From assembly GCA_964016885.1 (NCBI GenBank), contig OZ024741.1:88536001-88600000 (forward strand): 64,000 nucleotides of DNA, read 5' to 3'. Positions 36,198-46,741 of the stretch are shown piece after piece (the first letter of the stretch is position 1; every line of letters starts with the position of its first letter). A model generated the notes under the pieces. The model was given only the letters and a program-made list of their open reading frames with translations, was not told where the DNA came from and searched no databases. A program made the position numbers and the translations under genes. This stretch comes from Eledone cirrhosa (lineage: Eukaryota).

Positions 36198-37706
36198 CCT
36201 AATAATGTAGGTCAGCGAGTGGGTGGTTGATTAGGTAAACTAAGTATTTTTAGTAGATATTTTATTGGTTTCAGGAAATTAAACTATGGTTCCCAGATAT
36301 ATACACTATTGATCTTTGAATTATTATATATCTTATTTTTCTTTTGTCCAAACAAATGATGTGAGGTGATAGTCCTTTCGGATCCTCCCAGACTGATGAG
36401 GTCGTGCGGGCTGATGCTCTTTTTTTCTTGTTTGTGTGTGTGTTTTTTTTAGATATTTATAAAATAAATGCTTGTTTTTTGAGTTTGTATAATAAACACA
36501 CTAAACATGCATCCAACGAAGGACACACACTGTGTATAGACTCAATAAAATATTTATTAATAATGACTGTTTACTTCAAAGTTTCGCCGGAACTGCCGGC
36601 TTTTCGAAACTGTTTTGAAAAGCCAATAGCTTCAGTGAAACTTCGAACTAAACAAATACTATATTTATAAAATATCAAAACTCGTTCTCGTGTATTGCTT
36701 TTATTTTTATAAAAAAATGGATCATAATTAATTATCCCAATATGATAATCAAAATGCCTCTTTTTCTTCCTCAAAAAACAAACTTAATTTTAATCCGAGT
36801 TGTCTTTCAAAACACCGTACAAACAGGAAACACACCATAACAACCTTCACGCTGCAAGGAGCATATCTGCTGGCGACATGAAACCGCAGCATAGTCATGG
36901 CCGCTTCGTTAATGCTCTTGCGAAAGCCGTAAACATCCTGGCTTTTCATTTTCCTAAAGCTCTGCAGTTTAAACAGTGGAAACCAACATTACTAAGGATG
37001 AGTGAGAGAAGAAAATAGTATGAGAGAATTACAATATAAAATAAACCGAAATTTACATATTATTCGTGACTTAGTATTTCTGTTGTTTTTAACATTCCAA
37101 TATATGTGACTAAGATGGTAATTTTATATTATTTTTAATAAACTTCCGGCATATAAAACTGTAGGCCTTCTAATAAAATAAAAAGAAAAAAAACACCTTT
37201 GAAACGGGAGGTACAAATGAAACAGCAACATACTAAGTAAAACGGTTTCATTCAATGTATTTATACGACTCCTCTCCCTGTCATGGTTGGCATTCTTTTT
37301 CCTGTCTTTCTTATACACGCACGCGCACACACACATATAAAAAAATATATATATATATCTTCCAATATATTTATTTGTGTGTTTAAATGTTTTCACTTGC
37401 TTACTAATCATGTTTATGGAAATAAATCTAACCCACATGCCACCGAAATAAATGAAACCTAAGTGTCAGTTTGCTTCGTTGTAACGGGCGACAGGATGGA
37501 AAAGACACTGTCTCGGAGGACGATGAGGGGGACGCGCTGGAACAGTTACTCCAGCTCGTGGGGCTCGTAACTGCGGGCAACCAACTCTGTTCCCGATAGC
37601 AGCGAGTATGTGTGTGGTCTTCGGGCCAAGACGCCGAAAGGCTCCTGAACCACTAACCTATCAGAGAGCGGCACATACATATTCACTGATGGCTTTTTTT
37701 CCTTTT

Positions 37707-37897
37707 AATAATTGTTTCTACTTTTAGCACAAGGCCAGAAAATATTCCAGTGTATTACTGGTACTCTATTTTATCGACCCCGTAAGGATGAAAGGCAAAG
37801 TTAACCTCGGCGGGATTTGAACTCAGTCCGTAAAGGGACGTAACTGTGCTGCAAAGCATGGCGTCCGACCCTCTACCGATACTGCCAATCCACCGCC
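37707..37897 (-). mobile_element. Full-length family A SINE with TSD
   Basis: Matches the reverse complement of 10322-10513; tttttccttttaata duplicated on both flanks. Confidence 0.88.
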
Positions 37898-38409
37898 CTT
37901 TTTTCCTTTTAATAAAGAACGCGCAAGAGAAACCATTTTATTTTGTTGGTGTTACAACAATAGTGATCGACATAATCTATGTGGTTTGTAAATAAAAAGA
38001 CAAAGCAGACGGCAATTACGAGCGTTCTAAAGCTACATGTAATTTTCTAACAAGTCGAATTCTCGATGCGATTTTGATTTGTTTTTGAAGCAATTTCCCT
38101 TCACCTATGATGCGAAGGGTGTGAACAACACAACATCGCATTTTTCCCCTTTTCTGAAATGTTCGGCTTTACGTGATTAACCCAAAATGACTAATATTTG
38201 CTTTGGATATAGTAATAAAATGAGTGTGACTCTACCGACAAACAAAGGCACGGAAAGCAAGAAATAAAGGGCAATAATCATGATAACTTCTAGTTTCCTA
38301 ACTGGGCCGATTTATCAGCAAGACCGATTTTTTTTTTTTACATTTATTGTCCTTAACTTAGTTCTAATAATTATCATAAATTATTATTCAAGGTAGAGAT
38401 TGGATATGT

Positions 38410-38800
38410 GTGTTCTGCTGGGTCGCTCTGATCGATCAGACCTATCATCAAAGGTTTCTCCGCCGTGAACATCTCGTATATTGTTTATCTTGATCTATCT
38501 TGTCCAATGCGCGTTTTCTTTAAGACGGTAGAGAGATTTGACTTTTGTTTCTAGCAGGTTGAGAGACCACGTACAGGCTACTTAGTTGGTTCTGCTCTTA
38601 CATTTTAATAATGATGTAAATAATTGTACTCTAGTTGTTTAGCTCCACATCTGCACTACACACGTAGACAAAATCAAGGGCATTCTAACACTGACCATCA
38701 CGTGTCCCCTATTAAAACTGCATGGTGGTATTTTAAGCAGATGTGGCTGCTATTTCTAGCAGGTCTGTTGATCATTTAGAGGTGTCCTTGTTAGGTGGTT
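38410..38800. repeat. Two copies of a dispersed repeat (a third at ~32990-33100)
   Basis: Shared atcaa.gg.....cc...gaccatc and ctatttctagcagg segments. Confidence 0.45.
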
Positions 38801-39589
38801 TGCGTGACTCACTGTACAAACATCGAGATTTCTGTCAAAAGTTTTCTGCGGCATATGCTAACATTATTTTTAGTCTTATCTCAGGTTCACAAACTTTTTG
38901 TTGTTCGGATGCTTTGAGAAATAAAGGAAATATTTTATATAAACATGAAATAATAATAGTAGTAGTGTTATTCAGTGACCGTATGGCATCTCGCGTAAAC
39001 CTGGTATCAGCAGGGAAGTAATACGAAGACAACACAGTCGTCTGTACGCTGAAAACTAATGAGATCCAACATGGTCGAAATTGCGATGATTCTGCTGGCA
39101 GACTAACATATTCTCTCTCTCTCTTTCTCCTCTCAGTCTAAGAATGTTTTAGATTATATTATAGACATAAACGTTTTTGTTTTTGTTTTCCTTATGAACT
39201 CGTATAATAAATGATTCGCCTGCTTCTCATCAGGCTATACATAAGCATGAAAAAAAGCCCTATTAATTTCTGAGTTTGGAAATTATAGCGAGTAACAATT
39301 ATGTTTTATTTTTTACTTTTTTCGAAGTGCAATTGCCGGTTCTTGTTTTTCACTTTACAACAGGGCCGTACTTTGAGTAAACACTGAAGACGAGCAGTTA
39401 CCATTAATAAAGTAAAAAGTTAACAATAAGCCTCATGGCTGTGTAGCAACAAACAATTTACTTATACATACTTATGCATCTATACGAATAAAAACAAATA
39501 GAGTGGATTGTAATGGCGTACGTATGTAAACAAATAAATATTATGATATATAGATCGCATATACATATTTTTTCATACAATGTGTGTGT

Positions 39590-39634
39590 GTGTCTGACGA
39601 AGCCGATCACAGTCGAAACTTGGAAGTCACTATC
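39590..39634 (+). ncRNA. Degenerate minimal type I hammerhead ribozyme motif
   Basis: CTGACGA (39594-39600), damaged stem II, GAAAC-ttggaa-GTC; the 5' strand of stem I is largely replaced by (TG)n. Confidence 0.35.
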
Positions 39635-40244
39635 AACCTTTTTTCTTGTAAAAATAAATTCTATATTCTATTGCTAGATTCAGTGCTTATTTAATTTATG
39701 CTTAATCGTTTTTATGTATGGTTGTACAAAAAAAAAACGTACACACATTCATATATCTATTTATCTATATTCCACAAACATATGCGCGTGCATCATTACT
39801 AAAATTAGCACAATCAACAAAGATAAAATAACTAATGCACGGATACACACACGTCATAATGTAGTGAAAGTGAGCAAGCAGTGGAAATTATTTTGTCTTT
39901 ATGACACGATATTTAATGCACTAGAATTGTTTTCAACACGCTGGCGCGTAAGTTCATATGCATACGTTTATATGTATGAGTATATAAATATAAACTGACA
40001 AACGCCGACACACTTACAAAAATAAACTCACAGACATATATTCACACAAACACACACATATTTTTATACAGACACACACACACACAATGTAGCAAATGAA
40101 ACGCCAGCTGTTTTGCTGTAGTATTTTCACCACCCTTTTCTTCCTTTTACACACACATACATTGTGTGACGGACAGGTGTCGCTCAAATTTATATATAGA
40201 TTCTACAGATTAACTCACAACACATTATTTAACATCAGTACGTA

Positions 40245-40500
40245 TTGGCTTGTCTCCGTTGACCCTTATGATGTATGGCCGATTGTTGTATTTGGTGGTG
40301 AATTAATAGTCGTTTAGTTCCCCCCCGCCTCCTCTTTTTTTTTCTTTCTTCTATTTAATCTTCCCATGCTAGTGTGGAAAATGGACGTTAAACGAAGATG
40401 ATGATGATTTGTTAAGTATTGTATATATTATTCGTGTGTATTTTCATTCTGTACGAATTATAAATAATTTGTAATGTTATTTATACAATGTGAATAAAAA
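40245..40500 (+). mobile_element. 3'-end fragment of the CRE-like LINE, interrupted by an RTE tail (~40362-40408)
   Basis: Aligns by eye to 58020-58251 (tccgttgac...tgatgta.ggcc...ttggtggtgaatt; tttgtaatgttatttatacaa..tgtgaataaaaa). Confidence 0.65.
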
Positions 40501-40896
40501 TCAAGGTTGCATGGCAAAGGCAAATTACGTCTAACTTATATCAAAGTAATGACCATTTACTTAATTGTACATTGAATTTCTAGCATTAAATTAATATTTA
40601 TCGACTATAATATGTCATGTGTATTTGTATGTATATATATATCCGTCTGTAAATCTTTATAATTTACACACAAATATTCCCAATGCGTTTCCTATATAAA
40701 CGCACAGACACGTATACAAAAATAGATACAGGAAAACTAGACAGATACATGCATATTAAACATACACACGTTTATGATGGGATAGTGGAAAAGGAGGAAA
40801 CTTCTAAGATATGTGAGTGTATGTGTACTTGAGTTCATACTTATATACATTCATACTTATATACATTTATCTACATATATATACGAAATGGCTAAA

Positions 40897-41203
40897 GCTC
40901 TCAGTCCACTGTGTAAAGTGGTCATGATGGTACTTATGCTGGTGACATGACAAAAGAACATCCAGTCCACCTTGTAAGGTAGTTGTGCTAGTGACATGAC
41001 AAATAAGCACCTGGTCCACCCTGTATTGTGGTCGTGTTGGTGGCACGACAAAAAGCACGTGGACCACCCTATAAAGTGGTCATGTTGGTGATACAACAAA
41101 TAAGCACCCAGTCCACCCTGCAAGGTAGTTGTGATGATTACACAACAAAAAACAGCCAGTCCACCCTGTAAAGTGGTCATATTGGTGACATGACAAAAAG
41201 CAT
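40897..41203 (+). repeat. Minisatellite, six copies of a ~48-bp unit related to the RTE/SINE module
   Basis: Unit approx. gcacccagtccaccctgtaaagtggtcatgttggtgacatgacaaaa; the same unit is repeated in the LINE 3' UTR at 19190-19300. Confidence 0.8.
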
Positions 41204-41518
41204 TATACACCAACCTTCATATGTGCACACTTCCTAATTGTCCCATCAACAATGCCGAAATGTGCCTGAGAGTTTATAGAGTCGATAAAGTTATATGTAA
41301 AAAAATGTAGCTCTTCATACATCGGAAGTACTGTCCAGATGCTACAGATATGGAACAAGAAGTACATGACCACAAGAGCTTCTGTTAAAAACATCTTGAC
41401 AGATGCTGCATCCTAAAAATTGAAATCACCATAGAGATGATGGAAAGGAATATAGGCAATTTAAGAATTGAAGGCCATTATCATCAACCGGGAAAAAAAC
41501 ACAGACATATGATAGATT

Positions 41519-43970
41519 CATTCATGTTGCTGCGCAGACGAGCCTTGCGGTGACAGTTAATTATCTCCAACATCCGCGATGAAATCCAGGGCCGTTTGGG
41601 AAAAGGTTTTCAGTTTACTGGCTAATGCTTGATTTAAAGATCTCCGAGTTGTCAGTCTCCTCCTTGGCCAGTATGTTGAAGCGATTTGTGATAGAGCACG
41701 CAAATGTAAAGGTGATGTTGGGATTGCAGAGACAAGATGAGTCAGGGCAGGACTGGTACTTGGTGTCAGGGTCTGCTCGCAACTTTAGCGTCAGTGTCAC
41801 AAGCAACAACCGATGATCAGTAGTGCCGAATTGAGCTCCTTTGTAGACCCAGCAGTTGGTGACAAACGACCTTCAACAACAAGAGATGATGATGTAGTTG
41901 CTTGCCTTCTGGATGTAACTGTCTGGATTGTATGAGGCCTAGTAACGGATGAATTTGTGGGGAACAAGGTGTCGATGATACACAGATTTCTGTAATGGCA
42001 GAGGAGCAGCAGACAATCACTGTTGTCAATGGTGGATGGCTCGGTGAAGATTGTGCAAATGATGAGCCTGGCAGAAGAAGAGATGGTAGCGTTGACATCT
42101 GTCAACATGATTGTGATGTCATGGGGTGGGATTTGGCACAAGAAGCTGGTTGTAGAAGTTGTCTTACTGGTTGTAGAAGTTGTCCTCTGCAAAGTATGTA
42201 GTGGCATAGACAATGATCACTTTACAAGGTGGTCTGCCAGGTATTCAACACACTTCGCAGAGCTTGTGTCAGCCCCTGGATCAAGACAAACTACCAATGG
42301 CAACGTCATCACCATTGAAACCGCCTGCCTCAAACGCGAGAAGGAGCACTTCAGCCTTCTTCTGCATCCCCCACCAGTCCCAATTAAATCCTTGCCTAAC
42401 CACCACCGCAGACACAGCTGCAGCCGACAACTCCTGCAGACTTGATCTTGTCACTTCCGATGAAATCAGAGCCGCCCCAAGAATCTGCACTATCATCGTG
42501 GAGATGTTGAAGGCAGATGGAGATAACATGATCCAGTGGTTCACCTGTATCATCAACCATGTATGGGTGTCAGAGCGGCTCCGAAATGACTGGACCCAAG
42601 GCATTATCCTCCCTTTTCTGGAAACGGAAGGGCAAAAAACTCTGCAGCAACCACGGGCATTACGTTTCTCTCCATCCCAAGCAAGGTTTTCACCAATATC
42701 CTCCTGAATTGTGCTCCTCCAGCCATCAGAAGCGGATGTCGCCCACATCAAACCAGGTTCATGCTTAATCGGTCCACCACTGACCACATTTCTGCCCTCC
42801 ATATCATTATCAAAAGATCTCGGAAGTTCCATAGAGATCGCTGCCTCTAGGTCACATTCAACGGGCGGCTTTCGACACAGTCAACTATGCATCCCTCTGG
42901 AAAATTTTCCAGCTTATTAGCGTACCTCCCAAGATCACCACCCTGTTTCAATGACCCGATAGCATTGCCGAGTGATGCATGCAGATGAACGGGAAGGACT
43001 CCAGCTGCTTCCCCATCAACAATGGGGTCAGACAGGGCTTCATGGCTGCTCCCAACCTCTTCAGCTGTGTCATCGACTATCTGATGACCAAGGTTTGTGA
43101 GCAAGTTTCTGGCGTTACCCTTGGGAATTGCCTCCTAACCAGCCTGGATTATGCAGACGAGACCATCCTATTCAGCAACTCAATCAATCAGCTCAGAGAC
43201 GCACTAACCATATACCAGAAGGAATCAGCAAAGCTTGGCCTTCAGGTAAGCTGGGCAAAAACAAAGCTGATGCATGTCGGCAATGGCCCGGATCCTCCTC
43301 TGCTTCATATTGGCCCCAACGCCATGGAGCTTGTCATCTCCTTCATTTACCTGGGCTCGACTGTCAACAGCAATGGAGACCTGACCTCAGAGATCAACCG
43401 CAGATGTGGTCTGGCTGCCAGGGTCATGCACTCCCTATGTAACCCTCTTTGGTGCCATTGCTCAATCTTCCAGAACATGAATCTTTATATTTACAATGCA
43501 GCGGTCCTCTCTGTTCTCCTTTATGGGGCAGAATCATGGCCTCTCACAAAGACCCTGGCAAAGAAGATTGACAGCTTCGATAGCAGAGCTCTGAGGACCA
43601 TAAAAAATATCAGATGGGACCACCCTGTTTCCATCAATGTGTTGCATACATGCACAGATCAGCTCACAGCTTCCCGCCTTATAGCTATCCGCTGCATGCA
43701 GTGGTAAAGACATGTCACCCGCTTTCCACCAGATTATCCTACCAGGGCCTTACTCTCATTCGACACAGTTGTTGCAAGCTGAAAGATGGCTGGATATCAT
43801 CAGGGAATATCTCCGCGGGCTCAACATCCTCTTGGAGGATGCAGAGGAGCTGGCATGGGACCGTCAGTGATGGAGGGAGCTGGTGGATCTAGTCGGCTCT
43901 ACGCATGACGATGCTTACGGATCGCTGGCTTAGGATGACCCCAGCCTCGTCGAGTAAGAGCAAGAAGAAG
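41519..43970 (+). mobile_element. RTE-clade LINE (PHD-less family) with inverted 5' part; 12-bp TSD
   Basis: 41519-~42215 carries APE/linker on the minus strand; ~42216-43970 carries RT on the plus strand (NGVRQG, LDYADE, FIYLGS, LLYGAESW); tail gcaagaagaag; atatgatagatt at 41507-41518 and 43971-43982. Confidence 0.88.
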
Positions 43971-44380
43971 ATATGATAGATTAGAAATGGACGAGGCAGA
44001 CCGGTTACTATAATGAATTCACGCATGCACATTTCAGACACATAGGACAGTTAAGTAAGAACACAATCATTTGTTTTGAACTGTTACAGTTCCACATTTG
44101 AAAAGAGGGTTTTAGCCCTGAAATATCATATTGAAATATGTTGAACTACATTTTTGTTTATTTGTCATCATTTTGTATTTTACTACTCCATTGTACTGAC
44201 TTTTTCAGTATATATATATATAGAAAGTAAGATTTCGCTTCAAGCATAGCTTTATACAATATATATAGAAATTTTGTATTTCTAAAGAAATACGGTTTTA
44301 GGAAGCCGTAGCTATGCAAACACCAGGGGATGGGGGGGGGCTAACGCCTTATGGTGGTGTCCAGCAGAAGCAAGGGGCAC

Positions 44381-44426
44381 AACCGTCTATGCACTTCAGG
44401 CTTGACTGGCCTTCGTCAGGATGGTC
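44381..44426 (-). ncRNA. Minimal type I hammerhead ribozyme (GAAA changed to GAAG)
   Basis: Minus strand: GACCATC CTGACGA AGGC cagtcaa GCCT GAAG TGCA TA GACGGTT. Confidence 0.65.
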
Positions 44427-44663
44427 GCTCCCACCGCTTGCTACTGCTGGACTTGAAAACAGTCGAGAATATATAGTTTTCTCGTCTGTGTAAATGAGGT
44501 GATTAATCTCATTTGCATATGAAGCTGCATAAGTTGGCTCAACTTATAATAGAAAAGAAATAAGATTTAGCTTCAAGCATAGCTTTATATGCAAATGAGA
44601 TTAATCACCTCAGTTACACATGAGAAAATTATATATTCTCGACTGTTTTCAAGTGGTGGGAGA

Positions 44664-44709
44664 GACCGTCCTGGCGAAGCCCAGTCAAGTCTGAAATGCA
44701 TAGATGGTT
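44664..44709 (+). ncRNA. Minimal type I hammerhead ribozyme (CTGA changed to CTGG)
   Basis: GACCGTC CTGGCGA AGCC cagtcaa GTCT GAAA TGCA TA GATGGTT. Confidence 0.6.
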
Positions 44710-44995
44710 GTCCCCCTTGCTTGTGCTGGACACCACTAGAGGACGTTAGCTCCCCCCCCCCCCCCCCCCGGTGTTTGCATAACTACGGCTGCCTAAAACC
44801 ATATTTCTTTAGAAATACAAAATTTTTATACGTATATATATATATATATGTGTGTGTGTGTATGTATCTATATGTCTATATATATATCAAAATCACAAAA
44901 GCACCCCGCCCACACTGGCAAAAGCACTCAGCCTACACTGTAAAGTGATTGTGTTGGTGATATGACAAAAAGCACCCAGTTCACACTGTTTGCCA

Positions 44996-46548
44996 TGTGC
45001 GTACAATTGAAATTCTCTATCGAGCGTGCACACAGTATTGGTGCGGCCAACTAAAGTTGAATATTGTAGCAGTCATTCACACTAGAGTAATGGGGTGGTG
45101 GGTTTGTGTCTACACATCAATGCCGCAAAGTCTTTGCATTCTGTCAGTGGCAGTTAGGTTGGTGGCTGTAGTCTGTCCATTTGTTGTCTGTCAGTATCGG
45201 TCGGTGGGTGGTATATACAGTATACACACAATAACATTTGCTCAACTGTCACTGTGTGTTGTTCTATTTACACCAGCCATCTCGTCTCACTTCTCTCGGA
45301 TCGATTATTGATTCGTGGTTTGAGACGTTTTATCCAGAGTGCTTCCTTTATCCTTAAAGTTCCAAGGTTGCGCTCCGTCGCTAACACTGTGACAGTGGGC
45401 CTTCCATCTTTGTTTCCTCATTTGATGATGTGTTTTTAGAAAGACGAGGCTCTAGTGTTGATGTCTTCTTTGATCAGAATGTGTAGAGGTCGGATGGTGT
45501 TGCCGATGTAAAATTTGTTACACCTGTCACATTCAATCTTATAGACGACGTAGGTATGCAAGCAACAGTTTGTCTGGCATATCGGACAGTTGTTGAGAGA
45601 ACACGTGTTAACCACATTGTAAGGTTTCCTGGAGAGGCATCTCCGTAGGGAGGGCCCCGAGTGGGCCAAATGTATGTCGAGACACTCCCTCCGCATGGCT
45701 CTGCAGATAGCGTTGGTGGTTTTTTCACCCAGGTGCAGATTCTTAAGGAAGCACTTATTTTTCAGGTTTCTCTGCTTCTTTTGTCTGGGATCACTTATTC
45801 CATTTATAAAAGATGCTGGGTATCCGTTTGTTTCCAACACCCTGTGAAATTGCTTGGTGTGGGTGACACCACTCACAGGATCACTGCATCTATCTCTTAT
45901 CCGTATGATCTCGTTTGTGATGTACCCTCTTTTGGCACTGTTAGGGAGGGCAGACTTGGAGTGGACGAACAGGTCCCTTTAGGTCGATTTGTGGTAGAAG
46001 TCAGTGTTGACCTTTCCCTGTTCTGTGATGTTGAGTCAGAAATCGAGGAGGGCAAGGGACCCATCGTTGCTAAGGTGCTTCATGCTGAAATCAATTTTCA
46101 CCATCGCCATCTCCTGAGAAGATGTAATGTCATCCACGTATCTTGAGAAGAAGGCGGCGTTGGGGTGGCAGGTGTTGAGTGCTTTGCGTTCTAGTCTGTC
46201 TATATAGAGATCGCCAGCACACCTGACTTGAACCCACAGGTAGTCCTGAGGTCTGTCAGTATGTGTGGCTGAGAAAATCGAAATAGGTGTTGTCAATGAT
46301 AACAGATAGGAACTGGCGGATGTCAGTGGAGGTGCGCCTGAGGCAGTGTAGGTGAGTAGACTGGACACGTTCTGTCAGTATGTCGATGGCTGAGAGTGCT
46401 GGAACCGAGGTGTTCAGAGCGACCACATCAAGGCTGAAAGCATATCTGTTATCCCTTTAGGTGTCAGGTTCATTTTGGTGTAGTCACACTATATCCTCTT
46501 TGTCCCGGCAGAGTGGTCAGTAAAGGTTTTAAGATTTTGGATAGGAAC
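44996..46548 (-). mobile_element. Penelope-like element fragment (RT + GIY-YIG), pseudogenised
   Basis: Minus-strand FSLDVVALNTSVP, QTSGLPVGS, FFSRYVDDI; GIY-YIG VVYKIECDRCNKFYIGNT.RPL; C-terminal LRIKEALWIKRLKPRIN, frame ending ~45268. Confidence 0.88.
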
Positions 46549-46667
46549 CATGAAATTTTGTAAATATATATATATATATATATACATGTTTTTTTTTCTT
46601 GCTTTTTTTTTCCATTCCTTCCTCTTCTCACTCTTTATCTTTCTATTTCATCTTTTATTTCTCATTC

Positions 46668-46710
46668 TATCTTCTGATGAAGGACTAGTGTCCAAAACGT
46701 TCAGACTCTT
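46668..46710 (+). ncRNA. Degenerate minimal hammerhead motif
   Basis: CTGATGA A GGAC tagt GTCC AAAAC GTTC AGA; one G>A change at a former CpG would account for GAAA becoming AAAA; palindromic aacgtt in the stem III position. Confidence 0.5.
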
Positions 46711-46741
46711 TTTCTATTATTTCAAGCATTAAACTAATATA

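Larger units (their letters stand above)
44262..44830. repeat. Inverted repeat (arms ~44262-44527 and ~44581-44830), probable Penelope-type inverted pseudo-LTR
   Basis: Arms are reverse complements over ~250 bp; each holds a hammerhead motif; taagattt.gcttcaagcatagctttata also recurs directly at ~44228 and ~44561. Confidence 0.85.

Noticed and set aside
36854-36921. SECIS element
   Set aside because: ATGA/GA are present but the apical AA motif and spacing do not fit, and no selenoprotein CDS is nearby.
37651-37662. ctaaccta loop as a telomerase RNA template
   Set aside because: It would template TTAGG, whereas molluscs generally use TTAGGG; no pseudoknot or CR4/5 recognised.
37487-37700. 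RNase P/MRP, U3, 7SK or SRP identity for the structured island
   Set aside because: Diagnostic conserved boxes of these RNAs were not found on either strand.
40897-41203. Regularly spaced repeats resembling a CRISPR array
   Set aside because: Units are degenerate along their whole length with no unique spacers, no cas genes are present, and the unit matches the LINE/SINE module.
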